The translations under genes and the position numbers were made by a program. Below are positions 38,710 through 47,806 of a stretch of DNA of 64,000 bases, in pieces. The notes beneath the pieces are model-generated. The model did no database searches. It saw only the letters and a program-made list of their open reading frames with translations, and was not told where the DNA came from. How positions within the stretch are numbered: the stretch's first letter is position 1; the number at the start of each line of letters is the position of its first letter. The DNA is from Patescibacteria group bacterium (lineage in GTDB: Bacteria > Patescibacteriota > Patescibacteriia > JAHJFT01): assembly GCA_028710985.1 (NCBI GenBank), contig JAQTTB010000001.1, positions 457,864-521,863 on the forward strand. Direction: 5' to 3'.

Positions 38710-40521
38710 ATGGACGCACTGACCACAACCCGCTATCTTCCGAGATCGGTAAAAACATATTTGGGTTCGGCTGAAGTGACGGATATCAATATTGATATCA
38801 AAAAAAAGTTTGATTTGCGGGAAAGGGAACTTGATATTCTCTTTGAACTCACCTGGGATATTCTGGAAGGTCGCCGCGCGCCGCGCGCCCTGGCTTACGA
38901 GCTCAAGGCGCAGATAAAATGGCAGGAAAAAAAAGCCGCTGAAGTTGCGCTGGAAATCCTTGGACGAAAACTTTTGCCCCTTTCCAATCTTATCCCCGGC
39001 ATTCCGGAAGCGATTAAAGATCTCGGCGCTGATCCGGCCAAGTATCCGCAGAAAAAAATCACGTCCGATCAGACGACCCTGCCGGTTTTTGTGGATGAGA
39101 TGATCCGCGATCTCGGCATCCAGCTCGCCGACAAATTTTTGAAACACCGGCTTGAGAATGTTGCCGAAGCAAAAATCAAAGGAGTGCGTGATGATTTTGA
39201 AACAAAAGAAAGAATGGTCCGTGGAATAAAAATCGGTGGGCTCGAGCTCGCCCCGACACAGGCTGACCAAATTATCGCCTACATCGAATCTGCGAAGAAA
39301 ACCATACAAATCGTTGACCGCCCATCCGCTCCGACAGCGGTTGGGGGAACGGCTCCAGCCGTAGCGATTCCGCTGTCAAGGATGCCGGCCGAGTCCGAAG
39401 TGCCGGAAGAAATCACGAGACATGAAACCGGAACCGCCGCGCCTTTCGCCATGCGCCCCGAGGATGTCGCTGAAATCCACGCCGAGCGGGGCCGGGAAAT
39501 CTCGGATGCCGTTTTGCCGGAGTACGAACGAGTAGATAAAGATATTATAAAAGATTCAGGATTCAGTTTTTCCGATCCGGATATGCAAAAGCGTTTTGAA
39601 AACACGGTTCGCGCGCGCGTGCGTGATGTGCGCGACGAACTGGAGACAAAAAATATACTGACCCGCGGGCCCAAAGAGGGCGGACTCGGCTTGCCTAAAG
39701 AAAAATCCGACCGCCTCATCGCTCTCATCAATCAAAAAGTCGGACCCCTTCGCCTGAAACTCGCGAAAATCGAAGAGCAAAAAAAGGCTGAACATCTCGT
39801 GAGAGAAAAACGAAATCGGGAAATCGGCCGCGAGAGGGAAGAGGAGAACTTGAATCGCCGCTACGCCAAACTTACCGGACGAATGCCGAGCTCGATGCCC
39901 AGTGAAGAAAAAAAACCGGAACGAACCCTGCCCTTAAAAGACCATATTATTAAGCCGAGCGCTCCGGTGATAAAACCGGTCGCCCAAGTTTCGGTCGTGA
40001 CAGCCGTGATTCCGCAAGAGCCGGGATTACCGATGACGATTGTGCCGGTCCCGATCGCGATCGGGACGCCGGTCCGCCCGGCATCTCGTCCGGAATCGCT
40101 AAAGCCCAAGGTTCGCGTCTCGCCGCCGAGTATTCCGGCGCAGACGTCGCAAACCGGCCGGCCGCGCGTTGAAGAAATAAAGTTTTCGCGCAGGCTGTTC
40201 GGGCCGATTGAGGAATTGCGCGAAATGAAGTTTGAAGATTTTCGCCGCCTGTCGCGCGAACCGCGGGAACGCGCCATTAAGATAAAGGACAAGATAGATC
40301 TCCTGGGCGAAGAATCATTTGAGAAAAAAATGCAGGGCATCGCCGCGTGGCAAGAGAGCCCGATTAATAAACTGTATCTGAATTTAATACAGGAAGCGTT
40401 CCAGACCGGCAAGAACATTGAGACAATTACGCGCGAACGTGAAGCCGCCGGCCGTTCGACGCTTTCATGGGACGAATTCCAGTCAATTATTGAGCTAAAT
40501 CAAAATTTAGGTAAAATTTAA
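38710..40521 (+). CDS. Hypothetical protein of the T4SS-like cluster with an internal duplicated domain
   Basis: Repeated segment ..RLEN..K.KGVRDDFET.ERM.R..KIGGL / ..RFEN..R.RDVRDELET.NIL.R..KEGGL; Pro-rich linker. Confidence 0.75.
   Translation: MDALTTTRYLPRSVKTYLGSAEVTDINIDIKKKFDLRERELDILFELTWDILEGRRAPRALAYELKAQIKWQEKKAAEVALEILGRKLLPLSNLIPGIPEAIKDLGADPAKYPQKKITSDQTTLPVFVDEMIRDLGIQLADKFLKHRLENVAEAKIKGVRDDFETKERMVRGIKIGGLELAPTQADQIIAYIESAKKTIQIVDRPSAPTAVGGTAPAVAIPLSRMPAESEVPEEITRHETGTAAPFAMRPEDVAEIHAERGREISDAVLPEYERVDKDIIKDSGFSFSDPDMQKRFENTVRARVRDVRDELETKNILTRGPKEGGLGLPKEKSDRLIALINQKVGPLRLKLAKIEEQKKAEHLVREKRNREIGREREEENLNRRYAKLTGRMPSSMPSEEKKPERTLPLKDHIIKPSAPVIKPVAQVSVVTAVIPQEPGLPMTIVPVPIAIGTPVRPASRPESLKPKVRVSPPSIPAQTSQTGRPRVEEIKFSRRLFGPIEELREMKFEDFRRLSREPRERAIKIKDKIDLLGEESFEKKMQGIAAWQESPINKLYLNLIQEAFQTGKNIETITREREAAGRSTLSWDEFQSIIELNQNLGKI
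40048..40067. repeat. Perfect 20-bp palindrome inside a CDS
   Basis: GTCCCGATCGCGATCGGGAC, encoding VPIAIGT in the Pro-rich linker. Confidence 0.6.
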
Positions 40522-40961
40522 TGCCGGAAAAATTTGTAGTGCCGCAATTCATTGACGTGGAAGATAAGATATTTGGGCCGATCACGACTCGCCAGTTTGT
40601 AATTTTGCTCGTGGATGGATTGTTCGTTTTTATCGCGTTTAAATTATTGGAGAAGATTTTATTCATTCCGGCGGCTATTTTGCTCCTCGGAGCCGGCGGC
40701 TTGCTTGCTTTTATAAAAGTGAACGGCATGCCATTTCATTTTTTTCTTCTGAACATCATTCAGACAATGAAGCGTCCGTCTCTCCGCGTTTGGGATAAAA
40801 CGCCTAGCAACACCGAACTGCGCGCGTACATCAGCAAGCCTGAAGTCAAAGCCGCGCCCGTTCCTCCCAAGAAAGAGCCATTAACAACAAGCCGCCTGTC
40901 CGAACTTTCGCTCATCGTTAATACAGGCGGTTTATACAAACCCGAAGAATATGAGCACTAA
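40521..40961 (+). CDS. PrgI family (VirB3-like) protein
   Basis: FVVPQFIDVEDKIFGPITTRQF plus two TM helices. Confidence 0.85.
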   Translation: MPEKFVVPQFIDVEDKIFGPITTRQFVILLVDGLFVFIAFKLLEKILFIPAAILLLGAGGLLAFIKVNGMPFHFFLLNIIQTMKRPSLRVWDKTPSNTELRAYISKPEVKAAPVPPKKEPLTTSRLSELSLIVNTGGLYKPEEYEH

Positions 40962-41622
40962 AAAAATTGTCAGACCCGGCCAACCAACTCAGCGTTACAT
41001 GGACATCGCAGAAATCCGCGAGGATGTGGTGATAATGAAGGACGGCACACTGCGCGCCGTTATTCTGGTCTCAAGTATCAATTTCGCGCTGAAGTCGGTG
41101 GATGAGCAGGAGGCGATTATTTCCGCCTACATGCAGCTTTTGAATTCGCTAGAACATCCTTTGCAGATTGTAATTCAGTCGCGTCGTATGAATATTGAAA
41201 AATATCTTGACGCCCTGAAGGAAGAGGAAAAAAATCAGAAAAACGATCTTTTGAGCGCGCAGATTTCCGATTATCGCAGTTTTATCAACCAGTTGGTTGA
41301 GCTTGGCGAGATCATGAGCAAGAAATTTTTTGTTACCGTGCCGTACGACCCAATGTCGGATAAGCAGAGAGGTTTTTTCTCGCGGATAAAAGAAATTTTT
41401 TCACCAGCCGTAAGTCTCAAATTGAGCGGCCAGAAATTTATTGAGCGCCGCAAGGAGTTGATGATGCGGGTGGAGCATATCATAGGCGCCCTACAGAGTA
41501 TCGGGCTCACCACCGCGCTTCTTGATACCCAGAGTTTGATTGAACTTTATTACAGTGTTTACAATCCCGAAGTTTACGAAAGCCAGAAGGTCAAGGATTT
41601 AAGCAAAATACAAATAGAATAA
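40951..41622 (+). CDS. VirB4/TraE N-terminal-like accessory protein
   Basis: VILVSSINFALKSVDEQEAII..Y..LLNSL..PLQIVIQSR; lies between prgI and virB4. Confidence 0.75.
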   Translation: MSTKKIVRPGQPTQRYMDIAEIREDVVIMKDGTLRAVILVSSINFALKSVDEQEAIISAYMQLLNSLEHPLQIVIQSRRMNIEKYLDALKEEEKNQKNDLLSAQISDYRSFINQLVELGEIMSKKFFVTVPYDPMSDKQRGFFSRIKEIFSPAVSLKLSGQKFIERRKELMMRVEHIIGALQSIGLTTALLDTQSLIELYYSVYNPEVYESQKVKDLSKIQIE

Positions 41623-41626
41623 TAAT

Positions 41627-43579
41627 ATGCCATTCCGACCAAAAGAAGCCGTTGCTCCTGAAGCCAAAACCGGCGCGGTTGCGCCGACCGGCCGCATCGT
41701 GCGGCGCGAGGCCGAGGCGCGCGCCGAGGCCGAGCGAGAACGCATCGTACTTGAAGAAGAGCGCATTTATCGCCGCGGTGTTGTTTCCATCCGCGACCTG
41801 ATCGCGCCGGCCGCTTTTGAAGTAAAACCGAACTATCTCCGGCTCGGCGACAGCTTTTGCCGCACGATTTTTATTGTCACTTATCCGCGCTATGTTTCGG
41901 TTGGATGGGCGACGCCGGTTATCAACTATAATCACACCCTGGATATCGCCATGTTTTTCTATCCAGTCAAGGCGCCGATAATTTTAAAACAGCTCAAGAA
42001 TAAAGTCGGCGTTCTGGAGGCCCAGATCATGGCCGATTCGGAAAAAGGCGCTCCTCGCGATCCGATTCGCGAAACCGCACTCCGCGACATTGAACAGCTT
42101 CGCGACGACCTGACGCAGGGGATTGAGCATTTTTTTCAATTCGCTTTGTACATTACGATTTACGCGAAAGATGTTACGGAACTGGATAAGATATCAACCG
42201 ATATCGAAACCATCTTCGGTTCAAAATTGATTTATTCCAAGCGCGTTCTTTATCAGTCCGAGCAGGGCTTTAATTCCACTGTGCCGCTCGCGAACGACGA
42301 GCTCATGATTACCTTCAATATGAACACCTCGCCGATTGCTTCGTCGTTCCCGTTCACTTCGGCCGAGCTTACTTCGGACAACGGCATACTCTACGGAATA
42401 AACCGCCACAACAACAGCCTGATTCTCTTTGACCGTTTCTCCATGCCGAACGCCAACATGGTTGTTTTTGCCACTTCCGGCGCCGGCAAGAGTTATGCCG
42501 TAAAACTGGAAATCTTGCGCAGCCTGATGCTTGGCACGGATGTTCTCGTCATTGATCCGGAAATGGAATACAAGCACCTTTCCGACGCGGTCGGCGGCAC
42601 CTACATCAATATTTCCCTGGCTTCGGAAAGCAAGATTAATCCGTTCGATCTGCCGCGGCCCATGGGCGAGGATATCAGCACCGAGGATATTATCCGGAGC
42701 GCCGTAATTACTCTCAAGGGTTTGCTCCGCATCATGCTCGGCAAGCTCACTACGGCCGAGGATTCGCTTTTGGATCGCGCGCTTCTTGAAACCTATGCTA
42801 AGCGCGATATTACGCCAAGTTCCGATCTTTCTACCGTCGAGCCGCCGATTATGCAGGATTTGCAGGAAGTGCTCGAGGGCATGGAAGGTACCGGCGATTT
42901 GGTTGTCCGGCTCAAGAAATTCACTGACGGCACATTTGCCGGTCTCTTGAACTCGCCGACCACGGTCACTATGAAAGCCCAGCTCGTGGTCTTCAGCGTG
43001 CGCGATCTTGAGGACGAGCTCCGTCCGATTGCTATCTATACCATCATCAACTACATTTGGAATGTCGTGCGCTCGGAGAGCAAAAAACGCATTCTCACGA
43101 TTGACGAAGCCTGGTGGCTGATGATGCACGAGGACAGCGCAAAATTTATTTTCGCCTTGGTCAAACGCTGCCGGAAATACTATCTCGGCATTACCACCAT
43201 CACGCAGGATGTTAACGATTTTTTGTCCAATCCGTACGGCCGCTCTATTGTCACTAACTCCTCAATGCAGATTCTGATGAAACAGTCGCCGGCCGCGGTT
43301 GATTTGGTGCAAAAAACTTTTCTTCTCACCGAGGGGGAGAAATATCTTCTTCTTGAGTCCGCGGTCGGAGAGGGGATTTTCTTCGCCGGCACAAAGCACG
43401 CGGCGATCAAGGTGGTTGCTTCGTATACCGAGGACCAGCTCATTACCACCGACCCGCGCCAGCTCTTGGAAATAGAAGAATCAAAAAAGCAATTCGCCGA
43501 AGAGGTGCTCGGTCAGTCCGAAGCCCTGCCTGCCGGTAGGCAGGGCGCTTCCGGGGAACCCCCAGCAATAAATATCTAA
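41627..43579 (+). CDS. VirB4/TraC-like type IV secretion ATPase
   Basis: NANMVVFATSGAGKS (Walker A), VIDPEMEY, LTIDEAW (Walker B), RKY, TQD. Confidence 0.93.
   Translation: MPFRPKEAVAPEAKTGAVAPTGRIVRREAEARAEAERERIVLEEERIYRRGVVSIRDLIAPAAFEVKPNYLRLGDSFCRTIFIVTYPRYVSVGWATPVINYNHTLDIAMFFYPVKAPIILKQLKNKVGVLEAQIMADSEKGAPRDPIRETALRDIEQLRDDLTQGIEHFFQFALYITIYAKDVTELDKISTDIETIFGSKLIYSKRVLYQSEQGFNSTVPLANDELMITFNMNTSPIASSFPFTSAELTSDNGILYGINRHNNSLILFDRFSMPNANMVVFATSGAGKSYAVKLEILRSLMLGTDVLVIDPEMEYKHLSDAVGGTYINISLASESKINPFDLPRPMGEDISTEDIIRSAVITLKGLLRIMLGKLTTAEDSLLDRALLETYAKRDITPSSDLSTVEPPIMQDLQEVLEGMEGTGDLVVRLKKFTDGTFAGLLNSPTTVTMKAQLVVFSVRDLEDELRPIAIYTIINYIWNVVRSESKKRILTIDEAWWLMMHEDSAKFIFALVKRCRKYYLGITTITQDVNDFLSNPYGRSIVTNSSMQILMKQSPAAVDLVQKTFLLTEGEKYLLLESAVGEGIFFAGTKHAAIKVVASYTEDQLITTDPRQLLEIEESKKQFAEEVLGQSEALPAGRQGASGEPPAINI
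43525..43544. repeat. Palindromic mini-element copy 3, in frame in the VirB4 C-tail
   Basis: CCTGCCTGCCGGTAGGCAGG encoding LPAGRQG. Confidence 0.85.
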
Positions 43580-44194
43580 ATGACAAAAACGATAAAAATT
43601 ATTTTAATCGCGCTCGCTGGGGTGATGTTGCTTGCCGGCATAATGTTTTTGATTTGGGCACTCATGACGCGGCCGGCCGTAATTTTCAAACCCGCGCCGG
43701 CTCAGCCTGCCGCCGAAACTACGGAGCCCCTGCCGACCGGCGGTTCGGTTATGGTTCCAGTGAGTACGACAACGCAAGAGGTTTCCGGAATTCCGTTTGA
43801 AGTCAGTACTTCGGCCGAAGCGGAAAAACAGGCCGCCAAAAATCTTTGCATTCTTTTCGCCGAGCGGTTCGGAAGTTTCTCGAACCAGGGAAGCTACGAA
43901 AACATCACGGATTTGTTGTCGGTCATGACGCCGTCCATGCGCGTCTGGGCCGAAAATTATGTTTCCAAGAATGCGTCCGCGGCTCCGGCTGAATACTACG
44001 GAGTAAGCACCAAGGTTGTTGCCAATACTTTTAATAGCTATGATGCGGCGCAGGGCAACGCCGTGATGACTCTCGATACCCAGCGCCGCGAAATGCGCGC
44101 TTCGGTCGAAGATCGGATTTATTATCAGGCCATCAGAATTTCGCTTAAGAAAATTGACGGCGCGTGGCTCGTCGACAGCGCATCATGGCAATAA
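43580..44194 (+). CDS. Bitopic protein with NTF2-like C-domain (VirB8/TcpC-like)
   Basis: N-terminal TM, Pro/Thr linker, C-terminal IRISLKKIDGAWLVD; directly after virB4. Confidence 0.6.
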   Translation: MTKTIKIILIALAGVMLLAGIMFLIWALMTRPAVIFKPAPAQPAAETTEPLPTGGSVMVPVSTTTQEVSGIPFEVSTSAEAEKQAAKNLCILFAERFGSFSNQGSYENITDLLSVMTPSMRVWAENYVSKNASAAPAEYYGVSTKVVANTFNSYDAAQGNAVMTLDTQRREMRASVEDRIYYQAIRISLKKIDGAWLVDSASWQ

Positions 44195-44844
44195 AAGATT
44201 TTTTACTCGATTTAATATTTCCAAAGTTCTGCCTGCAGTGCGGGCGGGAAGGCACCATGCTTTGCGCCGAGTGCGTTTCGGCGATTGATCCGCAATGGGA
44301 TCCCCTTGATTTTGAAAATCAAAAGGAGGTATTAATAGGTCGTTTAATCAGCCTTGGGTACTACCGCGAAAAAATTTGGCAGCGTATTATTCAAAATCTA
44401 AAATATCAATACGTAACTGAGCTTGAAAGCGCGCTGGAAAATCTCGTCGGCCGGTTTATACAAAAATATCCTGAATCTATCGGCGTGCCCTATGATTATC
44501 TTGTTCCCGTGCCGTTGCACCGTAAAAGACTGCTTGAACGCGGATTTAATCAGGCGGAAATAATTGCCCGCTTAATTGGAAAAAATACCGGTTGGCCGCT
44601 TGAAAGCGAAAATCTATACCGAAAAAAGAACACCGCGCCGCAGGCCCAGCTCGAAGATGAAAAAAGAAAGGCGAATTTAGTCGGCGCATTCGGCGTCCGG
44701 AATCCGGAGCGGTTTGAAAATAAGAAAATTTTGCTTATTGATGATGTATATACCACGGGTTCAACTATAAAAGAATGCGCCAGTACCCTTCTCGCCGCCG
44801 GCGCGGCCGAAGTCGGAGCCTGGGTCGTCGCCCGCCGCACTTAG
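44185..44844 (+). CDS. comF: ComF family competence protein (amidophosphoribosyltransferase-like)
   Basis: FPKFCLQC..C..C, VPVPLH..R..ERGFNQ, LLIDDVYTTGST. Confidence 0.95.
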   Translation: MAIKDFLLDLIFPKFCLQCGREGTMLCAECVSAIDPQWDPLDFENQKEVLIGRLISLGYYREKIWQRIIQNLKYQYVTELESALENLVGRFIQKYPESIGVPYDYLVPVPLHRKRLLERGFNQAEIIARLIGKNTGWPLESENLYRKKNTAPQAQLEDEKRKANLVGAFGVRNPERFENKKILLIDDVYTTGSTIKECASTLLAAGAAEVGAWVVARRT

Positions 44845-44909
44845 CCTTTAAGCGGGTCGGATCTTGAAAAAAATGCCGATTTCTGGTAGGATAGAGGAAA
44901 TCTTTTCAG

Positions 44910-44999
44910 GGAAGGGTGGCAGAGCGGACGATTGCACCGGTCTTGAAAACCGGAGTCCCTTCACGGGGACCGTGAGTTCGAATCTCACCCCTTCCGCCA
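44910..44999 (+). tRNA. tRNA-Ser(TGA)
   Basis: GGAAGGG/CCCTTCC, CCGGT-CT TGA AA-ACCGG, long variable arm, CCA. Confidence 0.97.
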
Positions 45000-45014
45000 T
45001 TCTGTAGACTATTC

Positions 45015-45110
45015 GGAGAGGTGGCCGAGAGGCTGAAGGCGGCGGTTTGCTAAACCGTTATACGTGGTTTTTGCCGCGTATCGAGGGTTCGAATCCCTCC
45101 CTCTCCGCCA
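45015..45110 (+). tRNA. tRNA-Ser(GCT)
   Basis: GGAGAGG/CCTCTCC, GCGGT-TT GCT AA-ACCGT, long variable arm, CCA. Confidence 0.97.
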
Positions 45111-45136
45111 ATTTATAAAATTCAAATCCAGACAAT

Positions 45137-45610
45137 ATGCCGGAAATTACTAAAATCACCCACGAAGTGCCGGAATTTATCAAACACGAAAGATCGCTTC
45201 TTTGGTATATTGTTGCATTTCTGATTGCCGGCGGGCTGGTCACTTATGCTATTCTCAGCGGGAACTTTTTATTCGCCGTTATTGTTGTTCTCATCGGCGT
45301 GATTATTGTCTTGACTTCGTTCCGCGAACCGCGTAAGCTGAGTTTCGAGATCGATCCAATGGGAGTGGCTGTCGGAGGCAAGAGATATAAATTTACGGAT
45401 TTTAAGGATTTTTCCATCATTTACAATCCGCCGGAAACCAATACGCTGTATCTAGAATTTCGCATGCCTCTGCGCGAGCGGCTTTCGGTGCAGCTCGGTG
45501 ATATGGATCCGAACGAAGTGCGGGAATATTTAATGAATTTTTTGAAAGAAGATCTGGAACGTGAGCAGGAATCACTGAGTGATATCTTAAGCCGTTTATT
45601 GAAATTTTAA
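45137..45610 (+). CDS. Conserved two-TM membrane protein with small soluble domain
   Basis: PEFIKHERSLLWY plus two TM; C-terminal SLSDILSRLLKF. Confidence 0.8.
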   Translation: MPEITKITHEVPEFIKHERSLLWYIVAFLIAGGLVTYAILSGNFLFAVIVVLIGVIIVLTSFREPRKLSFEIDPMGVAVGGKRYKFTDFKDFSIIYNPPETNTLYLEFRMPLRERLSVQLGDMDPNEVREYLMNFLKEDLEREQESLSDILSRLLKF

Positions 45611-45611
45611 T

Positions 45612-45689
45612 GCGCCCGTAGCTCAGCTTGGATAGAGCGCAACCCTGCGGAGGTTGAGGCCAGACGTTCAAATCGTCTCGGGCGCACCA
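45612..45689 (+). tRNA. tRNA-Arg(GCG)
   Basis: GCGCCCG/CGGGCGC, CAACC-CT GCG GA-GGTTG, TTCAAAT, CCA. Confidence 0.95.
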
Positions 45690-45699
45690 TGATAATTAG

Positions 45700-47760
45700 A
45701 TGTACAGTTTGGATGCACCAATTAAAGAATTGGCGCGCGCTGGAAGAGTAAGGGAGGGGCAGATGGCGCGTTTGGGTATTGAGACCGTTCAGGATCTCAT
45801 TTTTTATTTTCCAAAAAGATACGAAGATCTGTCGCGGTTACAAAAAATCGACGAACTCGCGATTGGCGAAAACGCGACCATTCATGCCCGGCTTGAGCAG
45901 ATAAAAAGTTTTCGCAGTCCGAGAAAACACATGATAATTACTGAGGCCCTGGTCGCCGACGAGACCGGCAAGCTGCGTATCGTTTGGTTTAACCAAGCCC
46001 ATCTTTCCAGGGCCATGAAGCCCGGTTCTTTTTATTATTTTTCTGGCAAGGTTGACGACAAATATCATTTTGAAATGCTGAGTCCGGCTTGGGAGCTCGC
46101 TCATGCCGGCGGGGAGCAGATTCACACGAACCGCATCGTGCCGCTTTACGCGCTCACCGAGGGGGTGACGCAGAAACAGCTCCGCTGGCTCATTAAGCTC
46201 GCCCTGCCGTCGGTTGAGGGTTTGGATGAGTGGTTTCCGGAATACATTACCGAGCGGGAATCGTTTCCTTCAATTCGCGACGCGCTTCGCGTGATACATT
46301 TTCCGGATGATCTGGATTCCGCGGCCGCGGCTTTAAAACGTTTTAAATTTGGCGAACTTTTTTTGCTTCAGCTCTTGGCAGCCAAAAACCGCCAGGGTTT
46401 AAAAGAGCTGCCGGCTCCGCGCATCACGCTCCGGCCCGAAGTATTAAACCGCTCTTTCGAGCGCCTGCCGTTTAAATTAACCAGTGATCAACAGGTCTCG
46501 CTACAGGAGATTCTCCTTGATCTCTCTGGCGAACATCCCATGAACCGCCTTCTTGAGGGGGATGTGGGTTCGGGCAAGACGATTGTTACCGCCCTGGCCG
46601 CCGGACAGGTGGTGGCGAATGGTTATCAGGTTGTTCTCATGGCTCCGACATCAATTCTCGCGCGCCAGCATTATGAAAGTTTGCTTAAATATTTTAAAAC
46701 GAGCGGCATTTCCGTCGGCCTCTTAACGCGCACCGACGCGTCAGTCGGCGGCGAGAGCGTCAAGGCCCGCGAATTCGTGGACGCGCTCTCGGTCGGCAGC
46801 CTCAACTTTGTCATCGGCACGCATGCCATTCTTGAGGAAAAAATAAAATTTAAAAATCTCGGGCTCGCGATAATCGATGAACAGCACCGTTTTGGCGTGC
46901 GCCAGCGCCAGGCGCTTCGCGAGCGCAATCAGGGTGAATACTGGCCTCATCTCCTTTCTCTCACCGCGACGCCGATTCCGCGCTCGCTCGCACTTACTCT
47001 TTACGGCGATCTCAACCTCTCCATCATCCAGACCATGCCGCCGGGCCGCAAGCCGGTGATCACCGACATCGTGAGTGAAACCGGCCGGGCTTCGGCGTAC
47101 GGCTTTATTAAAGAAGAACTCAAACGCGGCCGCCAGGCTTTCGTGGTCTGTCCGCTGATTGAAGAGTCGGACAAGCTCGGCGTCAAGTCCGTAACCGCGG
47201 AATACGAAAAATTAATTCAGGTTTTTCCGGGATTCCGCATCGGCCTGCTTCACGGCAAGCAGAAACTCGCGGACAAAGACGCCATCATGGCGGATTTTAA
47301 ATCCGGCGGCATTCATCTCCTCGTCTCCACTACCGTAATTGAGGTCGGAATCGATATTCCGAACGCCAGCATTATTATCATCGAAGGCGCCGAGCGTTTC
47401 GGCCTGGCCCAGCTCCATCAATTGCGCGGCCGCGTCGGCCGGAGCGGGGAACAGGGTTATTGCATGCTTTTTACGGAAAGCGCGAATCAAAAAACCCTGG
47501 ACCGGCTCAATGTCTTCCGCGGCTCAACTAACGGCTTTGAGCTCGCCGAGGCGGACCTTGAAATCCGCGGCCCGGGCGATATCTACGGCTGGGAGCAGTC
47601 CGGCTTTCCGCGCCTGCGCTTCGCGAGCTTCTCGGACAAGGGCCTGATCAAGAAAGCGCAAAAATACGCCCAGGAAATTCTGGACTCTTCCGGTCTCAAG
47701 AAATTCCCCGCGCTCGCCAAGCGGCTTCAACAGTTTGAGCGCAGCATTCATTTTGAATAA
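45700..47760 (+). CDS. recG: ATP-dependent DNA helicase RecG
   Basis: MNRLLEGDVGSGKT, IDEQHRFGV, TATPIPRSL, QLRGRVGR, DLEIRGPG. Confidence 0.98.
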   Translation: MYSLDAPIKELARAGRVREGQMARLGIETVQDLIFYFPKRYEDLSRLQKIDELAIGENATIHARLEQIKSFRSPRKHMIITEALVADETGKLRIVWFNQAHLSRAMKPGSFYYFSGKVDDKYHFEMLSPAWELAHAGGEQIHTNRIVPLYALTEGVTQKQLRWLIKLALPSVEGLDEWFPEYITERESFPSIRDALRVIHFPDDLDSAAAALKRFKFGELFLLQLLAAKNRQGLKELPAPRITLRPEVLNRSFERLPFKLTSDQQVSLQEILLDLSGEHPMNRLLEGDVGSGKTIVTALAAGQVVANGYQVVLMAPTSILARQHYESLLKYFKTSGISVGLLTRTDASVGGESVKAREFVDALSVGSLNFVIGTHAILEEKIKFKNLGLAIIDEQHRFGVRQRQALRERNQGEYWPHLLSLTATPIPRSLALTLYGDLNLSIIQTMPPGRKPVITDIVSETGRASAYGFIKEELKRGRQAFVVCPLIEESDKLGVKSVTAEYEKLIQVFPGFRIGLLHGKQKLADKDAIMADFKSGGIHLLVSTTVIEVGIDIPNASIIIIEGAERFGLAQLHQLRGRVGRSGEQGYCMLFTESANQKTLDRLNVFRGSTNGFELAEADLEIRGPGDIYGWEQSGFPRLRFASFSDKGLIKKAQKYAQEILDSSGLKKFPALAKRLQQFERSIHFE

Positions 47761-47764
47761 ATTA

Positions 47765-47802
47765 AAATAAAAAAACGGCGAGTGCGCCGGTTTTTTTTAT
47801 TT
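47765..47802. terminator. Bidirectional intrinsic terminator between convergent genes
   Basis: A-run CGGCG-AGTG-CGCCG T-run. Confidence 0.75.
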
Positions 47803-47806
47803 GTTT

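Noticed and set aside
42221-43129. Long antisense ORFs (e.g. 302 aa here, 285 aa opposite pheS, 257 aa at 4401, 194 aa opposite lemA)
   Set aside because: They lie opposite well-supported genes and have no motifs; expected from codon bias
36236-45110. T4SS cluster as an ICE integrated at tRNA-Ser
   Set aside because: No integrase, relaxase or att duplication seen; composition and SD-less starts match core genes
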